Positions 20,220 to 30,445 of a DNA stretch of 64,000 nucleotides are shown here, one piece after another. The translations under genes were made by a program, and so were the position numbers. Under the pieces are notes generated by a model, which did not search any database, was not told where the DNA came from, and was given only the letters and a program-made list of their open reading frames with translations. The stretch is from Calditrichia bacterium (GTDB lineage Bacteria; Calditrichota; Calditrichia; RBG-13-44-9; J075): positions 1 through 64,000 of the forward strand of contig JBOEGD010000001.1 in NCBI GenBank assembly GCA_050633245.1, written 5' to 3'. The stretch's first letter is position 1. Each line of letters starts with the position of its first letter.

Positions 20220-21131
20220 ATGACGTACAAGAAAAGGAACATTCTGATCCTTGCTTGCTTTCTACTGATTATTGCAGGGTTTGGCACGTATCTGGTCGCC
20301 TATTCGTTGCCGAATGACATTCAAGCAGCTCAGAAAAAATTCGATAAGTTGGATAAACAGGTGCAGCAGCTGAATGCCATGGAAGAGGAATTTCCACTAA
20401 TTCAGGAGAAGGTTCAGGAAAAACGCGATCGCTTGGCGAACATAGATAAACGCGTGACCAATAAGGTAACTTCTGCGGGTGTGCACGCATATTTAACTCA
20501 GGTTCAGTCGTATACCGGAAAAGTGGATTTCCACATGTTTCATACGGGTGGAGAACAGCTGAAGGATTTTGGCTATAAAGTGTACCGCCTGAAAGGCGAG
20601 GGGCCGTTTAGCAGAATCTTCAACTTTATTTGGTACCTCGAGCGGGGCCCAAGTATTTTTCGCCTGGTAAATGTAAGTTTAAAGGGCGTTGAAGAACGAG
20701 ATGAAGAAACAGATAAGTCTAAGCTTGTCGTTCCCTTCGAAATGGAGCTTTGGGCTTACTATGCACAGGTTGAAGACCTGCCGAAGGTTCGGCGACGTAT
20801 AAGTGACGTCAGAACGATAAAAGCACGTAATGCTTTCTACCCCTACATTCTGCGTAATCTTCCACCGAATGAGGAAGGATTGCTGGAAACTGAGCGGGCT
20901 GAATTGAAGGCCGTGGTTGCCGATCGCGCTCTTGTTAAAGACCACACCGGTACTATTCACGTTCTGAAAATCGGTGACCGTGTATATCTCGGGCATTTAA
21001 GCCGCATCAATCCCGAAACGAACCAAATTAGCTTTACGCTAAATAAAGGTGGAGCTTACGAAACAGTTATTCTGGATCTGGCTTTTGATGAGTCTGAAGA
21101 AAAGGGAAAAAAACCTAAAACCGAAAAATAG
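20220..21131 (+). CDS. pilO: PilO(-PilP) fusion-like protein, cluster 1
   Basis: TM, coiled coil, PilO-like GPFSRIFNFIWYLE, then PilP-like RNAF...LKAVV..ALV....LKIGD. Confidence 0.68.
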   Translation: MTYKKRNILILACFLLIIAGFGTYLVAYSLPNDIQAAQKKFDKLDKQVQQLNAMEEEFPLIQEKVQEKRDRLANIDKRVTNKVTSAGVHAYLTQVQSYTGKVDFHMFHTGGEQLKDFGYKVYRLKGEGPFSRIFNFIWYLERGPSIFRLVNVSLKGVEERDEETDKSKLVVPFEMELWAYYAQVEDLPKVRRRISDVRTIKARNAFYPYILRNLPPNEEGLLETERAELKAVVADRALVKDHTGTIHVLKIGDRVYLGHLSRINPETNQISFTLNKGGAYETVILDLAFDESEEKGKKPKTEK

Positions 21132-21143
21132 AGAGTATGGATC

Positions 21144-22361
21144 ATGAAAAGGGAATTTCTGCTGATACTGCTGTTCTTGTTTGCCGGCATCTTACCGGCT
21201 CTCTCGCAAGAGCGTCGAATTAAAGAACTGCGCAAGGAAACGGCTGCTCCGGATGAAATGGTATCGTTCGCAAAACAAACGAGCTTTGATAATGTTATTA
21301 CTATTTTCAACGGGTTGAGTAAAAAATATCTGGGTAAGGTTATCATCGACCCGACAAACAGCACGGTAGCGATTGGAGTGGATGTAAATCGCGAACACTG
21401 GCTAACAGCATTCGAAGGGATATTAAGTAACCTTGGTCTCTGGTATGAGGAGACGGAAGATTATATTCAAATTGTGTCGAAAAATAGCAGCAAGACCTCG
21501 CTCTCTACAGAGGAGCTGGAGGCAATCGAAAGTTTTGAATCTCGAGAGGTAATAATCTCGGCGGTCTTTTTTGAAGCTGATGCGTCTAAGTTGCGTCAGA
21601 TTGGCACAAGCTGGGGCTTTTCCCGAAATGACAAACTGAATCCAGATATAAAGCAGATTGCCGGTGATAACCAGGGTGGTTTGCTGGAGTTCTCCATTGC
21701 TCCTGATCTGGATTGGGGAAACCTGACGGCCATCTTTAAAACGTTGGAAAACGATAAGGTTGGTGAGGTGATTGCAAATCCGCAGGTTACCGTGCGTTCC
21801 GGAGAGGAAGGCCGTATTCAGGTTGGCAGCGATGTGGCCGTTACCTTGAAGGATTTCTCTGGAAATTCGGTTACGCAGTTTTTCTCTACTGGAAGTATCA
21901 TCAATGTAAAGCCGATTATCGTTAAGCACAATGGTGTCGACTTTATTAACCTTGACTTAAAGATCGAACGAAGTAACAGCTCATCTGGTGACGCGGGACT
22001 CGAGATAAAAAAGTCTCTGGCAGAGACGGCCGTTCTGCTGCTGGATGGAGAGGAAACCGTTATTGGTGGCCTGTATGTAAACGAAGAAACTGCATCCCGT
22101 GATGGCGTTCCGATTCTAAAGGATCTTCCGGGTTGGCTTTTTGGTTTACGCTATCTGTTTGGGTTTGAGTCCACCAATGTCATCAAAAAAGAACTGTTGA
22201 TTTTGATTCGCGCAGAATTGTTGCCGACTCTTGCTGAGCGTTTTCGCGATAAGTTGGAGGCCGCTGAACCGGGCGCTCTGTTGGAAAAGACCCGCGATGT
22301 GTTAAATGAGCGTATGGAGAAGATTCAAGAGTCAACAGACAAAAGGACAATAAAACCCTAA
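21144..22361 (+). CDS. pilQ: Secretin (PilQ/GspD family), short form, cluster 1
   Basis: Signal peptide; NPQVTV..GEEGRIQVG, GEETVIGGL, VPILKDLP and ELLILIR secretin motifs. Confidence 0.9.
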   Translation: MKREFLLILLFLFAGILPALSQERRIKELRKETAAPDEMVSFAKQTSFDNVITIFNGLSKKYLGKVIIDPTNSTVAIGVDVNREHWLTAFEGILSNLGLWYEETEDYIQIVSKNSSKTSLSTEELEAIESFESREVIISAVFFEADASKLRQIGTSWGFSRNDKLNPDIKQIAGDNQGGLLEFSIAPDLDWGNLTAIFKTLENDKVGEVIANPQVTVRSGEEGRIQVGSDVAVTLKDFSGNSVTQFFSTGSIINVKPIIVKHNGVDFINLDLKIERSNSSSGDAGLEIKKSLAETAVLLLDGEETVIGGLYVNEETASRDGVPILKDLPGWLFGLRYLFGFESTNVIKKELLILIRAELLPTLAERFRDKLEAAEPGALLEKTRDVLNERMEKIQESTDKRTIKP

Positions 22362-22423
22362 GTAGCCTTAGGGATATAAATGACGTCATGATTTCTGCGG
22401 GACGTAGCAATATGATGTTAAAT

Positions 22424-22459
22424 AAAAAGGGTCTGTCCAATTTGGACAGACCCTTTTTT
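22424..22459. terminator. Bidirectional intrinsic terminator
   Basis: AAAAAGGGTCTGTCCA-att-TGGACAGACCCTTTTTT between convergent genes. Confidence 0.9.
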
Positions 22460-22482
22460 GTAGTGCAAAATTTTGGCAAATG

Positions 22483-24564
22483 TTATCGCTTGCTGATACC
22501 AAATGGTCGATAAATGTTGTCGCGAACCCGAAATGCAGGGTTATCCAGATACCAATTGGTTGAGAGCGTTCCGCCACTCTGCGCCCAAACTGCGAACAAC
22601 AGGTGAGCCGAGGTAATATCGACTCCTTCAAACGGATAGTCCATTTGGATGGGTGTTGAAACAACCCAGGGAATACCGTTTGAACTTTGATAATACAGCC
22701 CATTTCCGGGGACTGAGGCATCATCTTCAGTGCCAAACAGAGTTGCATCGGCCAAATCCGTTGGCGTGCTGTTCTTGAAATGGACTTCCCGCGTTCTGTC
22801 CTGATCGAGGATTAGGAAAGGATTATACGGTCCGCTGTTCAACAGGTGAGGCTCTAATGGTGTTGTAAACACCACTTTCACTGTGGTTGTATCATAAGCA
22901 AGAGGTGCTACACCGCGTTCTGTATTCATAAGGGAAGCGTCTGTAAATCCCATGTGTCCACGAATATTATCGTAAACCACCACCACGGCATTGCTACTGT
23001 GTCCCGCTTCGGTGCCGTTCGCTTCAAGCGAAATGTAGTTTGCTGTCAGTGAGGTTCCGGTGACGGATGCGATATCGCTGGAAGAAATCGGCAGCTCAAT
23101 TGCGAACCCATTTTCATTTGGCGTGCCCACGGCGCGGATAATAAAGGAAAAGTGCATTTCTACAACCAGATTGTCTGCATTAATCAGCTGTTTCAGATTA
23201 TAATCCAGAATCAAGTCATTATAGTCGTAATCTCCTGCAGTTGGCCAACCGTCTTCAAAAGCGAGCGTCCCATAGACATCTACTGCCGGAACAGCTGCGC
23301 AAAAGGCGTATGTCGGATCGCACGGAAAGTCGTCGATATCATCGGTAATGCCGTCCAGATCACAGTCGGTTGCAGGCGGCGTGCCGATCGGAATGGTATC
23401 ATCTTCATCAATACAGTTGATATCGCTGGCGGTAATGTAGAAGACCGCGTCATTAAAATCGTTGTCGCAAGAGGGTGAGTCTCGCAGAATGTCTTCAAAG
23501 CCGATTAGCACTAAACCGCGCTCTGCATCGAATAGCAGAACATTGTGTTGCTGTAGCTCCGAATCGCTTTCTGGGTTTAATTCCGGATCTGAATAAACAA
23601 TATGTCTGCCATCATCAACTGTGCTTGCCCCCTGATTCCAGCCTTGAGCAATTAAAGCCCAGCCTACGACTGTATCTTTAGGAAATGAACCCAGAAAAAC
23701 TTTATCACCAGAATAAAGTCCGCCTCCACCGCCCTGATAAGACAAGTTGGGGTAGATAATTGTAATACTGTCTACGTCCGATGCTTGAGTCGGTGGATTA
23801 TTAACATCATAGGTGTAGTAGCCAATGGCATTCTTCCAACCGGCGCCTTCGTGAACAAACGTGATCCACAGGTTACAGCTATCCAGAATAGAGACGTTTG
23901 TTTGGTTGCCTACAGCAAGATACTCCGGGTGAGAGAGCGGAATGGGTGCGTTCTCAGGTATGGAAGCGTTAATGTCATCAAGCAGAGACTGTGAAAGAAT
24001 ATCTCTTACAGACTCAAGGTAAAAGGGAATTCCCTGACTGTCCCAAGTTCCAAGCCAGATATAGCTGGGGTTCATCAGATCGCTCTTAAAATCGAAGCCG
24101 ACAGCTGCATTGCGCTGTGGCGCAAGTGGCGGTGGTCGCAGGTCAAAGGTGAAACTGACTTCATTATTGATAATCGGAACAGTCTGGGCATTCAGCGCGC
24201 CTACATATTGCACCTGAATAAAGAGGCTTTCGGCATCAACGGGGGCTTGAAAGGTTGGAGTAAAGTTACCGTCGTTCTCAGTTACGCCAGTATGAATCAA
24301 CGTTCCATTAGAGCCGGAGTTGTTTGGACCCGTCATGCGAATATTAAAACGGATACCGATAAGTGGCCCGCCGGTCGTATTAATTGCAGAAAAGTTACCG
24401 GTGACGTCTTTCAACGTGCCGAATTCGAACTCACCGGAGACGTCGATGCCTTCAATTCCATCACCGTCTTTCGGTTCAGATGCCAGCTCCCCGCAAGCCA
24501 GAAAGATCATACCTGAAAAAAGGAATGTCATAAAAACTAAGCGTAAGAATCCGTTTGTGTTCAT
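22483..24564 (-). CDS. LruC-domain-like surface lipoprotein (DUF4114/DUF4842-like)
   Basis: Lipobox FLAC; FVHEGAGWKN, GFEDI..CDNDFNDAVF, AFEDGWP..GDYDYNDL, NPF, EVH, PW, YPFE motifs; Ca-binding DCDLDGITDDIDDFP. Confidence 0.85.
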   Translation of the reverse strand: MNTNGFLRLVFMTFLFSGMIFLACGELASEPKDGDGIEGIDVSGEFEFGTLKDVTGNFSAINTTGGPLIGIRFNIRMTGPNNSGSNGTLIHTGVTENDGNFTPTFQAPVDAESLFIQVQYVGALNAQTVPIINNEVSFTFDLRPPPLAPQRNAAVGFDFKSDLMNPSYIWLGTWDSQGIPFYLESVRDILSQSLLDDINASIPENAPIPLSHPEYLAVGNQTNVSILDSCNLWITFVHEGAGWKNAIGYYTYDVNNPPTQASDVDSITIIYPNLSYQGGGGGLYSGDKVFLGSFPKDTVVGWALIAQGWNQGASTVDDGRHIVYSDPELNPESDSELQQHNVLLFDAERGLVLIGFEDILRDSPSCDNDFNDAVFYITASDINCIDEDDTIPIGTPPATDCDLDGITDDIDDFPCDPTYAFCAAVPAVDVYGTLAFEDGWPTAGDYDYNDLILDYNLKQLINADNLVVEMHFSFIIRAVGTPNENGFAIELPISSSDIASVTGTSLTANYISLEANGTEAGHSSNAVVVVYDNIRGHMGFTDASLMNTERGVAPLAYDTTTVKVVFTTPLEPHLLNSGPYNPFLILDQDRTREVHFKNSTPTDLADATLFGTEDDASVPGNGLYYQSSNGIPWVVSTPIQMDYPFEGVDITSAHLLFAVWAQSGGTLSTNWYLDNPAFRVRDNIYRPFGISKR

Positions 24565-25367
24565 AGCTATGTAGCCTCCGTTACGGATTTAGAGCGAATT
24601 TTTTTCGCCTAATCGTATATAATACATTTGTTTACAAGATTCATAAAGCTAAAAGGGCAGTTGAAAATCAGTGTGGTGAAAGGCTTGATATTACGATTTT
24701 GATAGCCATAATTTCATGCCAGCACTGCGGGGCAATTCTTAAGGTTAGACCTCTGTACTTTATGTACCCGGATAAAGGAAATAAAAGTAGGTAATCGTCC
24801 TTGTGATTCATGCCACAAGATCGAGTTCACTTTATAAGCTTTTACTTGAGTGCTTTTAAGTGAATGTGAACAGAAATGCGTTCTTTTCAGGAAGGTGAAA
24901 CCCGGAATTCCCACAGCTCTCACTGTGTTGCCGCGTTTTTTTGAGAACAACAGCTAGGTTGTAGCAATGAAAAGACTATCGACAGAAGTACACAGATGTT
25001 TAAAAAAAATGTAGTGAAAAACAGTTTCAATAATTTGCGATCTGAATCAATTAGAAAAGTTGATCGGAGCTCTATTATTGCATCACTCACAGTAGTTGAG
25101 TGTTAGATCTTCATTTACGGTATCAGTGCTTTAAATCCTGATGCGGTTCTTTGACAGAAAGTCTGCCGGTGGCACTATAGACAGTTATTAGACTGCCGGT
25201 ATGCAAAGGCATACTTAAAACATTGAAGAATTACCGCAGGTTACTGCACGGATGAAAGAAAGCTAATCGGGTTAAATGGTACACGATTGCTTCATTCATC
25301 TACTCGTATTAGAAATGTCCCGCTTAAATCATATTAACTAATCCAATTTATAAGGAGGTAAGTTGTT

Positions 25368-25802
25368 ATGGGTCAACAACAGCTCTTACTCATCGTATTA
25401 AGTGTAATTATTGTAGGTATTGCCGTAGCAGTTGGTATTACCACGTTTCAAAGTAATGCTATCGAAGCAAATCGTCAGGCCGTTATTAGCGATCTGGTAA
25501 ACTATGCTTCTAAAGCTCAGCGTTTCTTCCGTACCCCGACGCAGCTTGGCGGCGGATCTCAGAACTTTCAGAATTTTGGTCTGAGCCCGATCGACACTGC
25601 TAATGCAAACGGAACTTATGCATTTGTTTCTACTGCTCCTTCTAATGCTACCCCGGTAGTTGGAAGCATTGCGACAAGTGGAAGTGCGTTAACTATCTTC
25701 ATTCAGGGCAGTGGAAACGAGACAGGAAATGACGGTACCAATCCTGTTAAGGCTTTCGCCCGGGTAGTAGCAGATAGTATTTCAACAACGATTCTCAACT
25801 AA
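25368..25802 (+). CDS. Major type IV pilin-like protein (MGQQQLLL family), cluster 2
   Basis: First ~65 aa nearly identical to pilin 1; TAAGGAGG RBS; followed by a hairpin. Confidence 0.8.
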   Translation: MGQQQLLLIVLSVIIVGIAVAVGITTFQSNAIEANRQAVISDLVNYASKAQRFFRTPTQLGGGSQNFQNFGLSPIDTANANGTYAFVSTAPSNATPVVGSIATSGSALTIFIQGSGNETGNDGTNPVKAFARVVADSISTTILN

Positions 25803-25823
25803 GTTGACAATTTCAAGATTCAC

Positions 25824-25858
25824 AATTTCCCCGGCCAATGGCCGGGGAAATTTATTTT
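25824..25858 (+). terminator. Stem-loop after pilin 2
   Basis: AATTTCCCCGGCC-aat-GGCCGGGGAAATT-tatttt. Confidence 0.85.
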
Positions 25859-25889
25859 ACGGGAACCAAAGGGAATTGGTGATCAAACT

Positions 25890-27230
25890 ATGGCAGACTT
25901 TAGATTCGAAGGTACAACAGCAGCAGGGCGATCTGCCCGTGGTGTAATCTCGGCAAGTAGTTCCGGTGAAGCAAAGCAGAAGATACAGGAACTTGCCAAG
26001 AAGCATCAGGTTAAGATTGTTCGTATCCAAAAGCGAAAAACCTTTATTTACAAAGTAAAAAACGCTCAGGATGTTGTTATAAAGGGCGAGCAAAAAGCGT
26101 TTACAAAAGATGAAGTAGAACGTGCTCTTGAAACCCTTGGCTATACAATAATGAATATCCAGCCCAAGCTGCTGGATTTCAAGCTGAAGCCACCCACCTC
26201 TGAAATTGTTACTTTTGTTCGCGTTAGTGCAGACATGCTTCGTGAAAAACTCCCCTACAATGAAGTGTTGCAGCTTCTGGTGAATGATATTCAAAATGCC
26301 AGTCTGCGCGACAGCGTTAAAGAAATCTACAATGATCTCCGTCAGGGTAAAGACAGTGAAGAGGCGTTTATTAAGCAGGAGAAAATCCTAGGTAAATTTA
26401 CAGCCCGCATGCTGGGTCTTGCCTCAAAAAGTGGAAATATGACCGAAATTTATGATAGTACTGCCAAGTTTCTTGAGCGAAATGCTGAATTTAACAAGAG
26501 CCTTCGCAGTGCCCTCATTACTCCGTTTTTTACCATGTTGGTGCTTCTGGGAGCGGTTGTTTTTTATGTGGCATATATCTTCCCCGAAACGGCGCAGCTG
26601 TTCCTGAAATTGGGTATGGATTTGCCGCCAATGACGGCCTTTACACTGGAGTTGAGTAATTTTCTTGTAGACAATATATGGATGTTAATGGTCGCGGGAA
26701 CGGCGCCTCTGGTGGCTGCCGTCTACTTCTTTCGGAGTCCGAAGGGGCGATTTCTATTCGATAAATATATTATTTCCCTTCCCATTATAGGTACGCTTAT
26801 CCACAAGGTGGCAATTGAGATCTTCTGTCGGGTTTTTTACGCGCTTTATACCGGCTCCGGTGAAAATATTGATGCGCTGAAATTGGCGTCCGAGGCTTGT
26901 GGTAACAAATACATCGAACATCAGGTAAAGTCGATTGCAGTACCGCTGATGCTTTCCAAAGGAACTGGTTTGGTTCAGGCTTTTGAAGCAACCGGCGTTT
27001 TTACCAAGACGGCGTTAGCACGTTTTCATTCCGGAACGGAAACTGGAACAGTAAGAAAATCTGCGCTGCAGATCGCGAACTACTACGAAAAAGAAACCGA
27101 ATACAAGCTAAAGAACGCTATTGAATTTATTCAATTGATGATTGCGATGGTCATCACCATCATTATCACACTTCTGACGCTTATTTCTTCTGAAACAGCG
27201 GTAATGACACCGCAGTCACCGACTACATAG
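25890..27230 (+). CDS. pilC: PilC/GspF family platform protein, cluster 2
   Basis: Same length (446 aa) and long identical stretches compared with 11616..12956. Confidence 0.92.
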   Translation: MADFRFEGTTAAGRSARGVISASSSGEAKQKIQELAKKHQVKIVRIQKRKTFIYKVKNAQDVVIKGEQKAFTKDEVERALETLGYTIMNIQPKLLDFKLKPPTSEIVTFVRVSADMLREKLPYNEVLQLLVNDIQNASLRDSVKEIYNDLRQGKDSEEAFIKQEKILGKFTARMLGLASKSGNMTEIYDSTAKFLERNAEFNKSLRSALITPFFTMLVLLGAVVFYVAYIFPETAQLFLKLGMDLPPMTAFTLELSNFLVDNIWMLMVAGTAPLVAAVYFFRSPKGRFLFDKYIISLPIIGTLIHKVAIEIFCRVFYALYTGSGENIDALKLASEACGNKYIEHQVKSIAVPLMLSKGTGLVQAFEATGVFTKTALARFHSGTETGTVRKSALQIANYYEKETEYKLKNAIEFIQLMIAMVITIIITLLTLISSETAVMTPQSPTT

Positions 27231-27316
27231 CAACGGATTGCTGACCGTTGTCTTTGGATTGCAGCTGTTTTAATGGGGGAAGTCAATGTTCTATCTGAAA
27301 TGGCAGGTTAGAATCA

Positions 27317-29089
27317 ATGCAAGATAGTATGTATAAACTGGGGGTCTCCCTGGTTCAGCAAAATATTGTTGAGTTCGAAACGCTGAAAGAAGCGCTTCGA
27401 ATTAAGCAGGAAGAGGAAACGACCACTCGCCGTGGGTTGGCTCAAATCCTGGTGACAGACTTCAACGTTGAAGAAAACAGCGTTTATGAAGAAATTGCCA
27501 AGTTTTATGGGTTTAAAGTACTCGACCTGCCTGAAGAGGTAGACGAACGCATTGTAGAATTTATCCGCAATGTTATCAAGGCCCTTCCTGAAAACATCGA
27601 TGCCATGATGCGTGAACAGCGCATCCTGATTTACAAGTACGATAAGAACGTTTCTGTCAGATGGCTATTTGTTTCTGTAGATCCCACCAATCGCCACATC
27701 AATGAAATTGCCCGCGCAATCGGAGCCAAGCGCTACGAAGTGCGATATATCAGCCCGGTCGACTATGAACGCCTGACCGAAATTGTCTACGTTCCCGAAA
27801 ATGAATTTTTACGCAGCATCGAAGATTCCGAGTTCGAGATTGAAGCGGAAGACCCGGATGCCATTATTGATGAAGAGGCGATTGATAGTGAGATTAATCG
27901 CGGTCTTTTAGTAAATCTTGTTGAAGGGATGTTGGTCGAAGCTGTGCGCCAGGGAGCGAGTGATATTCACGTTATTCCTGCTGATCGCACCACAACTCGC
28001 ATTGAATTTCGTATTGACGGAACATTGCGACCCTGGCACATCCAGAAGGGCGTACGCCCGGAGGCTTTGTCTGCGGTAATCAAGGATCGCTCGAAAAATA
28101 TTGACCGTTTTGAGCGCGAGATGCCTCAAGATGGTTTTATTCAGCGAACGGTTGATAATCATATTATTCGCTATCGTGTTTCTGTGTTGCCTATTGTTGG
28201 TCGTGAATATCGTTATAAGCTCGAAAGTATTGTCATTCGAATCCTGGATGACCGTAAGGTAATTACCGACTTCTCGAAGCTGGGCTTTCAGGGCGGTGCA
28301 ATGGAAGATTTTAAACGCGCCATTTCTCAGCCGCAGGGTATGGTTATCGTAACGGGACCGACGGGTAGTGGTAAGTCCACAACGTTGATTGCAGCATTGA
28401 GCTACATTTTACGCCCCGAGATTAACGTGCTAACGGTGGAAGACCCGGTGGAATATGTTATTCAGGGTGTCCGTCAGGTTAAGATTGGTGGCAAGACAGA
28501 CTTCGAACGTGCTCTGCGCTCTATTTTGCGACATGACCCCGATGTTGTTATGGTAGGTGAGATTCGTGACAAGGAAACAGCAGAAACGGGAATTAAACTG
28601 GCGAATACCGGTCACCTCACGTTTTCTACCCTTCACACAAACGATGCCCCAAGCGCTATTTCACGTTTGTTTAAAATTGGTGTCGAGACGTTCCTGATTG
28701 CCTATGCGATTAATATTATTATTGCACAGCGCCTGATGCGACGTCTTTGTGAAACCTGCAAGCGCCCCTACAAACAGGTTGATCCGGCAATATTGCTACG
28801 CCTTGGTTTTACTGATGAAGAAATTGAAACCACTACGTTTTATGGTGCCGTTGGCTGTAAAGAATGCCATGGTGGATATAAGGGACGAGTTGCAATTCAT
28901 GAAGCCCTTTACTTCTCTCGCGAAATCCGCAAGATGATTTTCGAATCGAATGATGATATTAATGAAGAAATGATTCGAAAGCAGGCCGTGGAAAACGGCA
29001 TGCTCACGCTGCGTGCAGCAGGCAGAGAACGAGTAAAGAATGGTACAACAACCCTTCAAGAACTTGCCGCCGTTACCTCAGACGAATAA
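27317..29089 (+). CDS. pilB: PilB/GspE family assembly ATPase, cluster 2
   Basis: GPTGSGKSTT, TVEDPVEY, GEIRD, His box, CETC/CKEC. Confidence 0.96.
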   Translation: MQDSMYKLGVSLVQQNIVEFETLKEALRIKQEEETTTRRGLAQILVTDFNVEENSVYEEIAKFYGFKVLDLPEEVDERIVEFIRNVIKALPENIDAMMREQRILIYKYDKNVSVRWLFVSVDPTNRHINEIARAIGAKRYEVRYISPVDYERLTEIVYVPENEFLRSIEDSEFEIEAEDPDAIIDEEAIDSEINRGLLVNLVEGMLVEAVRQGASDIHVIPADRTTTRIEFRIDGTLRPWHIQKGVRPEALSAVIKDRSKNIDRFEREMPQDGFIQRTVDNHIIRYRVSVLPIVGREYRYKLESIVIRILDDRKVITDFSKLGFQGGAMEDFKRAISQPQGMVIVTGPTGSGKSTTLIAALSYILRPEINVLTVEDPVEYVIQGVRQVKIGGKTDFERALRSILRHDPDVVMVGEIRDKETAETGIKLANTGHLTFSTLHTNDAPSAISRLFKIGVETFLIAYAINIIIAQRLMRRLCETCKRPYKQVDPAILLRLGFTDEEIETTTFYGAVGCKECHGGYKGRVAIHEALYFSREIRKMIFESNDDINEEMIRKQAVENGMLTLRAAGRERVKNGTTTLQELAAVTSDE

Positions 29090-29113
29090 ACGTGATAGAC
29101 AGGACGCCTATAA

Positions 29114-29650
29114 ATGTCAGGTATTCAAACCATTCTTACATTTGCCGCGTTTTTTATGCTGGTTACAGCCGCATTGAACTTCAATCGTGCCATTGTGGAA
29201 AGCGATATTTCGCTTAGCCAAAGTCGCTATCGCTTGGAGGCTCTTTCTATTCTCGATGCACATGCTCACGATGCAACGCAGTTTTACTTCGACGAGACGA
29301 CACTTGACACCACGCTCGATAATACTCTGGCAAATATGACCATGCCGGGAGACCTGGGCTTGGATATAAGCGATGGCGGCGTAATAGACGACTTCGACGA
29401 CTACCATAACATGACGATTACGGATTCAGGTAGAAGCACTATTCCATATCAGCTTAGTTTTGAAGTGGAATACGTAACCTTGAGCAGCGATTCTTTTACA
29501 GGCTCAGGAACACAACAGTGGCATAAGCGAATGACCATCTCGGTATACGATGCATCAACGACCCCTTATCTCTATCGAATTCAAAACGGAGCAAGGGTTC
29601 GCGACACGCTGACGGTCAGCTTTGTTCACAGTTATTGGTTTTACAATTGA
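29114..29650 (+). CDS. Minor pilin-like protein A, cluster 2
   Basis: Paralogue of 14797..15336 (RYRLEALSIL, DDFDDYHN, YWFYN). Confidence 0.7.
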   Translation: MSGIQTILTFAAFFMLVTAALNFNRAIVESDISLSQSRYRLEALSILDAHAHDATQFYFDETTLDTTLDNTLANMTMPGDLGLDISDGGVIDDFDDYHNMTITDSGRSTIPYQLSFEVEYVTLSSDSFTGSGTQQWHKRMTISVYDASTTPYLYRIQNGARVRDTLTVSFVHSYWFYN

Positions 29651-29733
29651 CGTAAAGAACGCCATCAGATACACAACTTTAAACGCTCTGGGACTCCTCA
29701 GAGCGTTTCTGGCAGAATAGAAGGAGACATGTT

Positions 29734-30429
29734 TTGGGTGGAAGCTCATTACTCGATATCGTTAGTGCTTCATTAATCGGCGGCATTCTTTTGATTGTGG
29801 CAATTTCCGCATCTGACAACGGAACGCAGGAATTCTTTAATCAAAACTCAGACCAGATTATGCAGAGCAATCTGACGCAGATGTCCCGAATTATACGCAG
29901 CGACTTCAATAAGATGGGATTTGGTATCCCGGAAACGGATACCGTTGTTTTCGTCAGCACGCAAAGTCGCTTCAAATATATTGCTCATCTTAATCAGCAT
30001 CCCGATTACAACATGTTAATTGACGGTGTGGCATATTTTGATAATATCCCGGATACCATCGAATACGAAATTGCTCTTGATGACACGTTCAGCATTGCTG
30101 ACCTCACCGTATCCCAATACAATGTCACCCGCACGGTAAAGATGCCCCCTTCTGCGAGTGAGAGTTTTGTTATTGGAAAAATTGGCAATCTTAGCGTGTT
30201 CGAATATTTCGATGTTTTGGGGAATCCCGTTTTATTACCGGAAGATGTGCGAAACGTAGAGGCACAGTTTAGCACAATCAATCCGCGCATTATCCTTAGT
30301 CCGGAACTCGTGCTTCAGGATTTGGGGTCAATTGCAGATCAACAGCGCAGAACCCAGGAGCTAAAGCGACTTCTTCGCCCATCCTACTGGAAGCAGGTTC
30401 GATTTGCATCACGTAATTTAAGAAGATAA
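29734..30429 (+). CDS. Minor pilin-like protein B (PilW-like), cluster 2
   Basis: TTG start 7 nt after AAGGAG; paralogue of 15363..16052 (KMGFGI, LSPELV, RNLRR). Confidence 0.7.
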   Translation: MGGSSLLDIVSASLIGGILLIVAISASDNGTQEFFNQNSDQIMQSNLTQMSRIIRSDFNKMGFGIPETDTVVFVSTQSRFKYIAHLNQHPDYNMLIDGVAYFDNIPDTIEYEIALDDTFSIADLTVSQYNVTRTVKMPPSASESFVIGKIGNLSVFEYFDVLGNPVLLPEDVRNVEAQFSTINPRIILSPELVLQDLGSIADQQRRTQELKRLLRPSYWKQVRFASRNLRR

Positions 30430-30445
30430 CGAAGGAGCGCATGCC

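Noticed and set aside
25277-25291. TGGTACACGATTGC as a sigma-54 promoter for cluster 2
   Set aside because: Only 9 nt between GG and GC; sigma-54 needs 10.
24565-25367. c-di-GMP riboswitch upstream of pilin 2
   Set aside because: No GEMM-type GGCAAA...GACGCAAAG pattern was recognisable by eye; an Rfam scan would be needed to exclude it fully.
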